A DNA stretch of 64,000 bases from a virus, in IMG/VR virus record IMGVR_UViG_3300020473_000023, positions 32,001-96,000 of that record. One strand, 5' to 3'. Shown here piece by piece: positions 27,635 to 37,647 of this stretch (positions are counted from its first letter, which is position 1; every line of letters begins with the position of its first letter). The position numbers and the translations under genes were made by a program. The notes beneath the pieces are model-generated. The model searched no databases and was not told where the DNA came from. It saw only the letters and a program-made list of their open reading frames with translations.

Positions 27635-28631
27635 CTTTAAGACCCCACCACTCAACTGTTCTTTCTAGTCCCTCCCAAATTCTCACAACAGGCTCATACC
27701 CAAAATCTTCTCTAGCATTTGTAATATCTGCCTGAGTGTGCATAACGTCACCCGGCCTCCACGGTGCGTCAGTCACCTCTATATTAGGAAATTTATCTCT
27801 GAAGAAATCTAAGATTTGATTGTTTGTTGTTCTATCTCCGCAGGCAATATTATAATACTGTCCCTCAAAATCATCATCTCGACTTGCTACTAAAATATTA
27901 GCCTGAACAACGTTGTCAATATAGCAAAGGTCCCTTGACTGTGTTCCATCTCCATCACTCCTTAGGGGAAGGCCTCTAAGGACAGCATTGCACCATGCAG
28001 AAACAGCTGTTGAATACGGAGAATCTCCATACTGCCCTGGGCCAAATACATTAAAATATCTTAGGCACACAATATCAATATTATAAAGATTGCAAAAAAC
28101 ATTTGCGAGGTCTTCAATTGAAGATTTCTGCCAAGCATATGGAGATTTGGGGTCCTTTGGGTGATCTTCTGAAGTAGGCATTAAATCTGCCCCTCCGTAA
28201 ACAGAAGAGGATGATGCCCAGACAATTCTTCTAACGTTTCCAACACATGCTTCAAATAACCTGACAGTAGATCCAATATTTGTATTTGTTGTTATAGAGG
28301 GATTTTCAACAGAAAACAAGACTCTGGGTATTGCTGCCTGATGAAATACAACATCATATTTTCTCTGAGATATTTGATAAATTATTCCATCGGCAGCGAA
28401 GTCATCCTGAATAACCACAACAGTTTCCTGACCCCTTCCTGACTGTTTGTTAAATTCCGGGAGAAACTCTGAACTCGGAATTACTCTAAAGCTTAGCCCT
28501 TCTAAAAGCTCTAGATGGCCGTTTGACATATCGTCTACGATGTCAACTGTCCAGCCTTGACTGACAAGCTCTTTTGTTAGATTTGATCCGATGAATCCAC
28601 ATCCGCCTGTAACTAGTGCTCTTTTTTCCAT
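27627..28631 (-). CDS. NAD-dependent nucleotide-sugar epimerase/dehydratase
   Basis: TGGCGFIG, SSSSVYG, YAWQK, RYFNVFGP. Confidence 0.92.
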   Translation of the reverse strand: MEKRALVTGGCGFIGSNLTKELVSQGWTVDIVDDMSNGHLELLEGLSFRVIPSSEFLPEFNKQSGRGQETVVVIQDDFAADGIIYQISQRKYDVVFHQAAIPRVLFSVENPSITTNTNIGSTVRLFEACVGNVRRIVWASSSSVYGGADLMPTSEDHPKDPKSPYAWQKSSIEDLANVFCNLYNIDIVCLRYFNVFGPGQYGDSPYSTAVSAWCNAVLRGLPLRSDGDGTQSRDLCYIDNVVQANILVASRDDDFEGQYYNIACGDRTTNNQILDFFRDKFPNIEVTDAPWRPGDVMHTQADITNAREDFGYEPVVRIWEGLERTVEWWGLKDE

Positions 28632-28650
28632 ATTTCTACCTCGGTATATC

Positions 28651-29559
28651 TTACTCAAGAATGTGTGCAGAGTTTAAAGTGAAATGCATTCTACAAAAAT
28701 TACATCCTTCACCAAGCAGGCTCCAGCATTCTGAAGCTATAAAGTATAGAAACTTTAAATCGTGCTGAAACTTGTTATTAATATCTGTTGATCTACAGAC
28801 AAATCTGATATCTAGGACTCCGCCTCTGTTGAGAATGTGAATCATTGAGATGCAGGTATCTTCTGTGAACACGTACCTTCTAGAGCCTATACCTTCTTTT
28901 CTTTCATACGGATTATTTCCTGCTTGCTCATCATCTATTTTATTCATCAGTGTGTTGTAGATGTGACAATAGTATTCTTTCTCTGACTCCTCACTCATAG
29001 AAGATATATCTGACTCTTTAAATTCACCATCGTCATGAAGTGTAAAGGTTAGTTGATTGCACTCCTTGTTTGGAAAGTGTTTGACAAAATTCCCAATCTG
29101 GCCGTAGATCTCTTTTAAGCTTAGATTCTTTTCAATGCAATTATGATAGTCAACAACCATGCTTGCAAGACGCCCTGATGCTCCATTCATAATGCCATAG
29201 ACGTTTGAGAGTGCAGGCCATCTGGCAAACTCTTTGTAAAAGTAATCATACGAATCCTTAAGAGATTCAATTGTGTGAATTTCATCTCCCCGGTGATTGT
29301 ACCTTTCTCTAAGGACCTCAAATGTAGGCATCATAAAAACATATCTGTTGTTAAGATTGCTAACCTCTTCATAGAATTCTCTAGTTGCTTGATCGACATC
29401 TCTGTTATACATCTTAGAAAATACCATTCTTGATAGCTTCGACCTATCCATTAGATGCCATCGGTAGTCAGTCTTTTTGTGAATGTCACTAATAAGTGTT
29501 GTCTTTCCAGAAAGGTCTGGCCCTTCAATGGAGATCATATTGATTGGAAAAGTTAGCAT
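28651..29559 (-). CDS. dNMP kinase fused to a truncated thymidylate synthase/dCMP-hydroxymethylase-like domain
   Basis: N-terminal EGPDLSGKTT, DRS, RGD. C-terminal SRR, DTC, RSTD-x7-D, SAHI. Confidence 0.75.
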   Translation of the reverse strand: MLTFPINMISIEGPDLSGKTTLISDIHKKTDYRWHLMDRSKLSRMVFSKMYNRDVDQATREFYEEVSNLNNRYVFMMPTFEVLRERYNHRGDEIHTIESLKDSYDYFYKEFARWPALSNVYGIMNGASGRLASMVVDYHNCIEKNLSLKEIYGQIGNFVKHFPNKECNQLTFTLHDDGEFKESDISSMSEESEKEYYCHIYNTLMNKIDDEQAGNNPYERKEGIGSRRYVFTEDTCISMIHILNRGGVLDIRFVCRSTDINNKFQHDLKFLYFIASECWSLLGEGCNFCRMHFTLNSAHILE

Positions 29560-29568
29560 TATCCTACC

Positions 29569-32500
29569 TCACACATTAATCTTTCTCATCTTGTAGGAAG
29601 ATGTACTACATCCCCAAGATTCAGTTGATGCAACTTCAGCAATCCATATTGTATATGGATCAGGAACTTCTTTAAACTTTGTCCAGACTCTAAGCCAGCA
29701 GCTTTCAGAATTGTTATCGCAAACTCTCATTCTATAGAATATCTTTCCATTCTTGGTCTTCTTCTCAATAATTTCCTGAATGCAGAACCAGACTACATCT
29801 TTTGTCTTTCCAGAGAGTGCAGTAATCGGCTTAAGTTCAGACTTCTTAATCTTTTCCATTATCTTGGGAGGAAAGACAAGCGTCTCGTCAGCTCCTGACA
29901 TTAAGTCAACACTGAACCCGATCTTTAGGGTTCGAGACCAGTCAGCAGACCCGTAGTTGTCAACAATAAGCTTAGGAACAAATTCCTCAACAGTTGCCTG
30001 TGTCTTGAGGAGGCGCTTATGTGCAGTCTTTGTCATCCCATACCTACCTTTCTTCAATTGATCATAGTTTCCAACAATTATATCATGAAGCTGTCTGTGA
30101 TTTTGAATTTCTCCTTGGGATATTTCTGCTATACTTCCAAACGCCTCTACCTTACAAAGAGAATCAAAGGCTGTTTTATTTAGCTTGGAAGGCTTCCACT
30201 TCCCATCTTCTGTAAATAAAATATCATCAAGGGTGCTATATGGTCTATTTTCCATAATCTCAGTAACAGCAGATCCTCCAACACCTTTGATAGCAGTAAG
30301 CGGTGGTACGAACCCTTGCCTTTCTTCACTATACACCCAGACGTCTGAAGAAGCATTGATATCGGGTTGAAGGATTTTATATCCTAGTGACTTGATCTCT
30401 GCTATGATCTTTGCAAACTTTGGAGATCCGTTCCACGTCTGAAGGCATGTAGCGAGCCATTCCTTTTCATGGTATGTGTGTAACCATGCAGAATAATATG
30501 AATCAACAGCGTAGGCGACCGCATGTGACTTATTGAAGCCATAGGCAGAGAACGCCTCAATTGTCTCGTAGAGCTTGGTTGCTTTGTCTTCTGCCATGCC
30601 AGATAGTTTAACGGCACCTCCAATAAACTTCTCTCTAAGGTCAGCCCTCTCTTTTGCCTTTTTGTCATTCATGTCAAGAGACTTCTTGACAAGAGTCTTT
30701 CTCATCTTATCTGAAGCGCCTTTGTCGAATCCGCACAGCTTTTGTGCAATAAGCATGAACTGCTCCTGAAAGACGACGAATCCACGGCTTTCGCTTAGGA
30801 GATCTTCAAGGACAGGGTGGTCGTATGTAATGCTTTCAATGTTTTCACCGGCCCGAACATATTTCCTATGAACGTTAGCTGCAAGGGGTCCTGGTCGATA
30901 GATTGCTGTAATGGTTGCAAGGTCTTCAATAGATCTAGGCTTGGCAGCCACACAGAAGTTTCTAGCACCTGTATTTGTGAACTGAAATACTTGGACGAAT
31001 CTCCCATCGTGATAAACGTATTCCCAAACCTTTTGATCATCCATCTTGTGAAATCTACTATTTAGATTTGCATCAAAGAATTCATTAATATCGTCAAACG
31101 TAGGATTTTCTACGCCTTGGTTTCTTAGGATGAGTCTGATAGAATCTTCCACCATTTTAAGAGTTGCTAGCCCAAGAAAGTCAAATTTAAGAAATCCATT
31201 CTCTTCAAGGTGCCTCCAGTTCATTCCTTCTGACCACGGTGTTTGAAGCTCACCCCTAACTTTAATGACAGGCATACTGCTCTCAAGATCTGGGCAGACT
31301 AATACACCGCCAGCATGGCGACCGATCGATCTAGGCTCCATAAAGAGAGATTGAACGTGCTCTGCAATCTTAGGGTTATCGTTCATAAATTCCCGATAGG
31401 GTTCGCTGTATTTCATGCAGTCCTCATGAGAAAGAACATATGTTGACTTTTCCTCATGATCACCCATGGCTCTTGGCATTACCTCTCTTTCCAGCGGACC
31501 TGTTAGAGCGTTTATCTTATCAAAAGGAATTCCATAAAACTTAGAAACGTCCTTAACAAGTGACCTTAACTTTAAAGTGTTAAAGTTGGAGACAGGTATG
31601 ACAGAGTCTTCGCCAAAGAGCTCTCGAGAGACATCGATGAGTACATCTCTATCACCTACGTCAGAATCAATATCAGGCCAAGAAGCCTTGTGAATGCCAA
31701 GAAATCTCTCGAACAGAAGCCCATATTGAATAGGGTCAATGTGGGTAATCCCAAGGACATAGTTTACTAAGCTTCCGCCACCAGAACCTCGACCCGGACC
31801 GAGTAGAGTTCTATGCTGAGACTTCTCAAACACCTTAGTTAGAGTCAAGAAGTAATTTTCAAAGCCTAGCTGCTTAATAACAGACATTTCCTCCCTAATC
31901 CGATTGACGTACTCGAGATTGTCATGAAGCCCTTCTTTGATCATTCCCTGCTTTACCTGTTCAACAAGCTGAGTAAACGCAGGCTTCTCAGGTGTTCCGA
32001 AGTTTGGAAGCTTTGCTGATCCGTCAAACCAGACTTCTTCGCAGAGGTCCCAGGCAATTCCATGAGATCTCTCAATTGCTTCTCGAACAGCTGTCTCACT
32101 TCCCTTATAGAAATCATATTTATCATAGCTCTTTCCAAATTCATCCCACATCTGCTGTGCATTCTTAGGATAGAGCTCACACTTTAAATCCTCCTTCTGG
32201 GGAAGTTTAGGCATTTCATCGCCTCTTGCACCCATTCTTCCAAGCATCTTATACATCTCTCTTGCCTCCCACATGTCTGGATTGCAATAGTGAGAATCAG
32301 CTGTGGCAAGAAGTGGGACTCCTGTCTTTTCAGAAAGCTTGATCAAGCACCTATTGGCAAGGTTTTGTGCAACAAGATCATTAAACTGTATTTCAAGAAA
32401 AAAGTTTTCTTCGCCTACGGCATCTACAAATCTGTCTGTCATATTCTCAAGCTTTCTCATGATCTGATTAAGGACAACAGGATCGTCTACAAGATCGGGT

Positions 32501-33153
32501 GTCAGCTCATCAAACCTCTTTCCTTCAAAGTGCTGAAAGATATGGCCCGAAGGACGCCCACCAACACACGCTGTGGACACAGCAAGCCCTTCAGAGTGTT
32601 CCTTAAGCATCTTGTAGTCAATACGGGGAAACCTATAGAACCCCTCCTTGTATGATCTCTTGACCAATCTAAAGAGGTTCTGCAACCCTTTGTAATTCTT
32701 AGCGAGAACTACAAGATGGTACCGCTTTTTCCAGGAGGGATAGGTTCCCCTCTCTGCCTTGGATTCATCTTCGTTTTCAATAACCAAGCCATCGTTCTCA
32801 TCCCCCTCAGAAACCTCACTCTTTGACTTCTTCTGAAGTTCTTTCTCAAGCCTGACCTGCTCTCTATATTGATTATAGTCTGTTTGCCATTCGTCTAAGT
32901 CATCTACAAAGTAGCACTCACAGCCATAGATGTGTCGATATCCCACCCCTTTGTTCTTTAGCTTTTTAGCATAGTTGTGAGCATGAGCAGCAGAGTTCAT
33001 GTGCCCATGATTTGTTAATGCAAAAGCATCCATTCCATTTTCAAGAACAAAGTCAATATGCTCGTTAGGGTATCCAAGGCCATCATATACAGAGCTTCCA
33101 TCGTGAGCATGAAGACCTACAAATCTTTTAGGTATGGTAAAATTATTAAACAC
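29569..33153 (-). CDS. dnaE: DNA polymerase III alpha subunit
   Basis: PHP domain (HAH, TNHG, DSHY), GRGS, PDIDSD, KFDFLGL, FNKSH, C-terminal OB fold. Confidence 0.96.
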   Translation of the reverse strand: MFNNFTIPKRFVGLHAHDGSSVYDGLGYPNEHIDFVLENGMDAFALTNHGHMNSAAHAHNYAKKLKNKGVGYRHIYGCECYFVDDLDEWQTDYNQYREQVRLEKELQKKSKSEVSEGDENDGLVIENEDESKAERGTYPSWKKRYHLVVLAKNYKGLQNLFRLVKRSYKEGFYRFPRIDYKMLKEHSEGLAVSTACVGGRPSGHIFQHFEGKRFDELTPDLVDDPVVLNQIMRKLENMTDRFVDAVGEENFFLEIQFNDLVAQNLANRCLIKLSEKTGVPLLATADSHYCNPDMWEAREMYKMLGRMGARGDEMPKLPQKEDLKCELYPKNAQQMWDEFGKSYDKYDFYKGSETAVREAIERSHGIAWDLCEEVWFDGSAKLPNFGTPEKPAFTQLVEQVKQGMIKEGLHDNLEYVNRIREEMSVIKQLGFENYFLTLTKVFEKSQHRTLLGPGRGSGGGSLVNYVLGITHIDPIQYGLLFERFLGIHKASWPDIDSDVGDRDVLIDVSRELFGEDSVIPVSNFNTLKLRSLVKDVSKFYGIPFDKINALTGPLEREVMPRAMGDHEEKSTYVLSHEDCMKYSEPYREFMNDNPKIAEHVQSLFMEPRSIGRHAGGVLVCPDLESSMPVIKVRGELQTPWSEGMNWRHLEENGFLKFDFLGLATLKMVEDSIRLILRNQGVENPTFDDINEFFDANLNSRFHKMDDQKVWEYVYHDGRFVQVFQFTNTGARNFCVAAKPRSIEDLATITAIYRPGPLAANVHRKYVRAGENIESITYDHPVLEDLLSESRGFVVFQEQFMLIAQKLCGFDKGASDKMRKTLVKKSLDMNDKKAKERADLREKFIGGAVKLSGMAEDKATKLYETIEAFSAYGFNKSHAVAYAVDSYYSAWLHTYHEKEWLATCLQTWNGSPKFAKIIAEIKSLGYKILQPDINASSDVWVYSEERQGFVPPLTAIKGVGGSAVTEIMENRPYSTLDDILFTEDGKWKPSKLNKTAFDSLCKVEAFGSIAEISQGEIQNHRQLHDIIVGNYDQLKKGRYGMTKTAHKRLLKTQATVEEFVPKLIVDNYGSADWSRTLKIGFSVDLMSGADETLVFPPKIMEKIKKSELKPITALSGKTKDVVWFCIQEIIEKKTKNGKIFYRMRVCDNNSESCWLRVWTKFKEVPDPYTIWIAEVASTESWGCSTSSYKMRKINV

Positions 33154-33175
33154 TACTACTTGCCTCCTATGTTTA

Positions 33176-33203
33176 ATTGTAAATCAAATAGGGAAAATTT
33201 ACA
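33176..33203 (-). promoter_or_regulatory. Class A promoter TGTAAA-N16-TACAAT
   Basis: Upstream of dnaE, followed by SD AGGAGG. Confidence 0.6.
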
Positions 33204-33215
33204 TGAAAATAGAGA

Positions 33216-34286
33216 TCAATCTATAAATTTTCTTCTCAGCCTGAGGGACTCTAGCTTTTCAATAAGCTCTTTCTCTTCTGGGGAAGCGTCTGTCGGGATG
33301 CTTACAGTAACATGAACATTGTGAAATCCACGAATCTGAGCATTGATATCAACAGGAAGCCCTTCATTTGAAATTTGAATAATATCACCTGGCTGAATTC
33401 CCGGTCTAATTTCTACAGAAAGAGTCTTATCTATTCCCCCTATATTAACCTTTGACCCAAGAACAGCTTCACTATAGGATATAGATACGTGACTATGAAT
33501 ATCACTACCATCCCTATAGAGCTTCTGGTGATCTTTGACTACAATCTCTAAGAAAGCATCTCCGGCAATGTCCGCTGTGGCTTCTTTGTTTCCCATGCCC
33601 GAAAGCTTAAGAACATTTCCAGAATGGATTCCACTGGGTATCGAGACATTAATTTCCTTTTTCTTTCGTACAGACCCAGAACCGTGACAGCTAGAGCATG
33701 GGTTGGATATTGTAAATCCGTATCCTGAGCAGCTTCCACAAGAAGTTGCAAATGTTACAAACCCCCCGACACTTTGCTGAACCCTTCCTGTTCCGGCGCA
33801 TGTCTTGCACCTAGACCTATCTGACTTATCTAAATAGCCATGCCCTGAACACGGTTCACATAGAACTATTTGATTGATATGAATAGTCTTACTGCAACCT
33901 GTTAGGACTTCTTCAAGGTCTATTTCAATCGTATTCTTAGTGTCTGATCCCTTTCTCTTAACATCACGCTGTCTTCTTCCACCAAAAAAGTGATCAAATC
34001 CTGAGAACATATTTTCAAAATGTCCGAATATATCTCTTGGATCGAACTGAGAAGAGAAGCTAGAAGAGACACCCTCGTGTCCAAATCTATCATAATTTAC
34101 ACGCTTTTCAGGATCAGAAAGCACTGAATAAGCCTCGGCTGCTTCTTTAAATTTTAGCTCAGCATCCGGATCATCTGGATTCTTATCAGGATGATATTTC
34201 ATAGCCTGCTTTCGATAAGCTTTCTTTATATCACCCTCAGAAGAGTCTTTTTTAACTCCTAGTATTTCATAATAGTCTCTTTTCAA
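33216..34286 (-). CDS. dnaJ: Chaperone DnaJ
   Basis: J domain with HPD, G/F region, four CxxCxGxG repeats. Confidence 0.95.
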   Translation of the reverse strand: MKRDYYEILGVKKDSSEGDIKKAYRKQAMKYHPDKNPDDPDAELKFKEAAEAYSVLSDPEKRVNYDRFGHEGVSSSFSSQFDPRDIFGHFENMFSGFDHFFGGRRQRDVKRKGSDTKNTIEIDLEEVLTGCSKTIHINQIVLCEPCSGHGYLDKSDRSRCKTCAGTGRVQQSVGGFVTFATSCGSCSGYGFTISNPCSSCHGSGSVRKKKEINVSIPSGIHSGNVLKLSGMGNKEATADIAGDAFLEIVVKDHQKLYRDGSDIHSHVSISYSEAVLGSKVNIGGIDKTLSVEIRPGIQPGDIIQISNEGLPVDINAQIRGFHNVHVTVSIPTDASPEEKELIEKLESLRLRRKFID

Positions 34287-34540
34287 ATATCTTTCTCGTA
34301 ATAGTTTCTAGTTACAATCATTTCAGATTTCTCACCGTCTACAGAGTATTTAATCTCCATTTCCCAAGAAGGCTCTTTGACATTGTTTAAGAATCTTTCC
34401 TGAATATAGAATAGCTCGTCTCTTCGCTTAACTTTTTCTACTTCTTCTTTTGCAGACTCCCAAGAAGAGAAAATTCCAACCAAGGAAGTTGAAATATTTC
34501 TACATCGGATAAGGGCATATACTTTATTCAATACTTCCAT
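34283..34540 (-). CDS. Hypothetical protein
   Basis: KVY...LVGIFSS.E.A pattern common in phage ORFs. Confidence 0.5.
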   Translation of the reverse strand: MEVLNKVYALIRCRNISTSLVGIFSSWESAKEEVEKVKRRDELFYIQERFLNNVKEPSWEMEIKYSVDGEKSEMIVTRNYYEKDI

Positions 34541-34964
34541 AGTAAGGCTCATGAAGAAGCATGCTGAGATCTGAGCATCGAGAAAGATAATCATCAAGCT
34601 CATCAAACGAGGTGCAGACCTTGGCCCCCGATTGTGCTAGCATTAGATTAAATGTAGCTCCTTCTGGAAGCCCTGCACAAAAATAAACTATAGGTGTATC
34701 AGATTGAAAGGCAACGCCTGCTTCAAAAATACTTCCCATATCTTTATCGCGAGTATTGCAAATTACAAAGTCATTTCCAAGAATGTGTTCAACATTTCCC
34801 TCAAACGTCTCTCTTTGTGTCTTAAGATCAGCTGTTGGCGGACATACAAAGAAGTCTTTTGGTGAAAAATAGTCAAATCCATTTTTTGTAAGAAGTGATT
34901 TAATAGTTTCAACCTCCTCAAAGGCAGTCGGTGTAAACCAAGAGCTTGCAATATACGCTTTCAT
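34524..34964 (-). CDS. Nucleoside 2-deoxyribosyltransferase/nucleotide N-glycosidase family protein
   Basis: YIAS.WF, FSP, DMGSIFEAG, NLML. Confidence 0.82.
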   Translation of the reverse strand: MKAYIASSWFTPTAFEEVETIKSLLTKNGFDYFSPKDFFVCPPTADLKTQRETFEGNVEHILGNDFVICNTRDKDMGSIFEAGVAFQSDTPIVYFCAGLPEGATFNLMLAQSGAKVCTSFDELDDYLSRCSDLSMLLHEPYYGSIE

Positions 34965-34974
34965 TAACTTTCTC

Positions 34975-35964
34975 CTATTTGTTATTGTTCATATAGTTTG
35001 CGTATTCATCTTTCATTTCTTGAATTTCTTCAAGAGTTGAAGTCCAAATTTTCTCAAAAATAGTTGGACCGTCATTAGGAACTGTTCCCTTAATATCTTC
35101 TCGACGAGATTGATAAATTGAATCATCAGGGTGATATTCAAACAGATCGTTCTTTGGCTCCGGCCAGTATAGATTTGTTCCCCTTGAGGTGAAGCCACCT
35201 TGTCCATCGGAAACTCTAAAAGTCTTTACATAGTGCATATCAGGCTTGTCAAAGTTAATTCTAGAAGAGGCTTCTGGGAGAACCTTGATTAGCTCCTTAG
35301 CCATATAGGCTGCCAGCAAATTGTCTGCAGCTGGTTGAATTTGCATATCTTGCCTCTGGGCGATGAAGCCTAAAAGATCTTTGAGATTAAGTCTCATCAG
35401 ATAAAAAGATGTCATGCACTTTGGAAGAATCATTCTAGCATCCATCATAGAGACATCTTTTGAATCTGTCATGTCTGCATAGAGCTGCTTTGCCTCCCTT
35501 GTTAGTGTAATCCACCTATCTAAAAATTCAGGAGAGTTTTCAACAGCCTCAGGAATAACAGCAGGATCATCACGAAGATCTCGATCGCCGGTGCACTGGG
35601 CGGCAAAAGAACCGGCTCGGTGTCGAATAATATGCGTGACTTCCTGGAATGACAAGCCGCTTAATTTAAAAGTAAACCCAAAACATTCCATTGGTGTTGG
35701 TAGTGCCCTAAAGCAGAGGACGTCTTCCAGATTAGAGGACATTTCTTGCGGTGTGGCTGTTGTAGGATTTGTGTCATCAGGGTTGTCTGCCCAGGTGGCT
35801 TTTACGTACTGCCAGGCAACGTTTAATGCCTGATCCCGAGTTGGATAGTCAACAAGCTCAACCTTTAAGGCTGACAAGTTGTTAAAAAATTCTGTAGTAG
35901 GCTCCTGTCCGAACTTTAGGTCCATTGGGAGACTGATTGGCTTAAGATTATGATTGACTGGCAT
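34975..35964 (-). CDS. thyX: Divergent flavin-dependent thymidylate synthase (ThyX-like)
   Basis: HIIRHR..SF, DARMILP, NLKDL..F..QR. The RHRx7S serine is replaced by Cys. Confidence 0.75.
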   Translation of the reverse strand: MPVNHNLKPISLPMDLKFGQEPTTEFFNNLSALKVELVDYPTRDQALNVAWQYVKATWADNPDDTNPTTATPQEMSSNLEDVLCFRALPTPMECFGFTFKLSGLSFQEVTHIIRHRAGSFAAQCTGDRDLRDDPAVIPEAVENSPEFLDRWITLTREAKQLYADMTDSKDVSMMDARMILPKCMTSFYLMRLNLKDLLGFIAQRQDMQIQPAADNLLAAYMAKELIKVLPEASSRINFDKPDMHYVKTFRVSDGQGGFTSRGTNLYWPEPKNDLFEYHPDDSIYQSRREDIKGTVPNDGPTIFEKIWTSTLEEIQEMKDEYANYMNNNK

Positions 35965-36020
35965 TTATCTTCCTTTCATATTGATTGTTACACGAAGGTG
36001 ACACTTTGTTCACCTCTTTT

Positions 36021-36974
36021 TCACATAAAATTATTCTTCATTAAAAGAGCGTCGATGAGAACTCTTAGCTGGCTCGGGCCATAATACATCTTGACGCCTT
36101 CAACACTTTCAAGCTCTGAATTGTATGAAGTAACGGGAGAAAGAGTTGAAACTCCGTGCTTGGCATATTCAGCGCTATGTTTGGCAGAATCATCAATAGC
36201 ACATACAATTTTTCCAGAGTCAAAATATTCAGACTTAGTTAGCCATCTATACTTCTCAGCGCTAAAATCAACTCTGTGAAATTTTAACCCTGATTTGCTT
36301 AGCCACCTGTATGTATCATACTTACATTGAAGAACATCTCCTGGCCGAGCTGTTAAGAGTTGAATCCAGCATCCGCTATCATAAAAGTGATTTATAGTCT
36401 GTACGACACCTGTATCTACTGTGAGAGTTCTAAGCTTTCTTTCTGCCAAAAAGTCATCAAATACTTCTTCAGGATTTAGTCCGGCATCTCTAACTTCTGA
36501 TGTAGTATAATACTCAGTAGACTCTCTGTCGACTAAAACGCCTCTCTCGGATTCAAGCCAGTCAATAAAGTTAGATCTAAAATGTGCAATCACATCATCA
36601 ATATCAAATACAAGGACAGGCTGGCCCTCCCAGGCCTGAGATTCGATATGATATCTCATATGAAGAAACATGTCCTTATCTTCAAATGCGTCAGATAGAG
36701 ATCCTGGGTCTATGTTCCAAAGATTTAAAATTGCAAGAAGATATCTAAAAACATCAACTGATTCGTATAGAATCTTTGAAGGATCAGCAACGCTCCTAAG
36801 TCGTCTATGATCTTTAAAGTTAACTGCGCTTATTAGTTCAGAAACTTCGGCATGAAGAGCCAGGGCAAAAGATTTTGTCATCTCTTCTCTTTCACTATCT
36901 GACATATTTTCAGGTTTAAAAAAAAGATCAGAAAATTTATTTTGACGATTAAAGAAATAGTCTAAGTCTCTCAT
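36021..36974 (-). CDS. All-alpha NTP pyrophosphatase (dUTPase/MazG-like) fused to an NT5C-like HAD nucleotidase
   Basis: EVSE...YESVD, then FDIDDV, LTAR, IDDS. Confidence 0.8.
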   Translation of the reverse strand: MRDLDYFFNRQNKFSDLFFKPENMSDSEREEMTKSFALALHAEVSELISAVNFKDHRRLRSVADPSKILYESVDVFRYLLAILNLWNIDPGSLSDAFEDKDMFLHMRYHIESQAWEGQPVLVFDIDDVIAHFRSNFIDWLESERGVLVDRESTEYYTTSEVRDAGLNPEEVFDDFLAERKLRTLTVDTGVVQTINHFYDSGCWIQLLTARPGDVLQCKYDTYRWLSKSGLKFHRVDFSAEKYRWLTKSEYFDSGKIVCAIDDSAKHSAEYAKHGVSTLSPVTSYNSELESVEGVKMYYGPSQLRVLIDALLMKNNFM

Positions 36975-36990
36975 ATTTCCTCCTAGTTCA

Positions 36991-37018
36991 ATTATAACTT
37001 AGAAAGAAATAAAGTACA
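36991..37018 (-). promoter_or_regulatory. Class A promoter TGTACT-N16-TATAAT
   Basis: Upstream of 36974 with SD AGGAGG. Confidence 0.6.
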
Positions 37019-37025
37019 TGAGATA

Positions 37026-37397
37026 CTAATATCCTTCTGTCAACCTTTTGTGAATTACTTCGTCCTTTCTAGTATACTCTCTAAACAAATCATCTGAGCT
37101 AAATCCTGTCATAATGAGAAGAGAGAAAAAGTAATTAAAGGCATCAACCATCTCTTCAAGAAACTTCTCTCTATCGAACCCAGAGATCTCAGTGACTCTA
37201 TGCGGTTTCCAGTTTTTAAGATGCTGAAGGGCTTCGAACATTTCTTCGACACCCCTTAGAGCGACATCCCTGCAAATCTGCTGATCCTCTTTTTTACTTA
37301 GGTCTAGAGGGGCGGTTGGAGTTGATCCGGGAATTTTTTCACCCAAAGATCTCATAAACAGCTCCCTCAGTTCAAACATAGAATCAAGCTTGTCCAT
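37026..37397 (-). CDS. All-alpha dUTPase/dCTPase (MazG-like)
   Basis: EEMFE, WKPH, EEMVD, K...HKR...GY. Confidence 0.8.
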   Translation of the reverse strand: MDKLDSMFELRELFMRSLGEKIPGSTPTAPLDLSKKEDQQICRDVALRGVEEMFEALQHLKNWKPHRVTEISGFDREKFLEEMVDAFNYFFSLLIMTGFSSDDLFREYTRKDEVIHKRLTEGY

Positions 37398-37405
37398 CTA
37401 AAATA

Positions 37406-37645
37406 TCAACTCTCAACTAGAAGAGAGTCAACTGCGAGTGCTTCCGCGTCATCAAGCATTTTCTGAACTTGACCGTCTGATATTTCCCTATATTCACTTG
37501 TTAAAACAAGCTCCTCGTCATTCTCTTCAGAGGTGGTAACCTTAATCATTCTAAGGTGATCAACTACGTCTGTTCCGCTTAGGATGGCCATTTGCAAAAG
37601 TTTTGCTACGTGGCTGATGACTTCATTTGAAAGTGTATAATTCAT
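37406..37645 (-). CDS. Hypothetical protein
   Basis: Packed ORF. Confidence 0.6.
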   Translation of the reverse strand: MNYTLSNEVISHVAKLLQMAILSGTDVVDHLRMIKVTTSEENDEELVLTSEYREISDGQVQKMLDDAEALAVDSLLVES

Positions 37646-37647
37646 AT

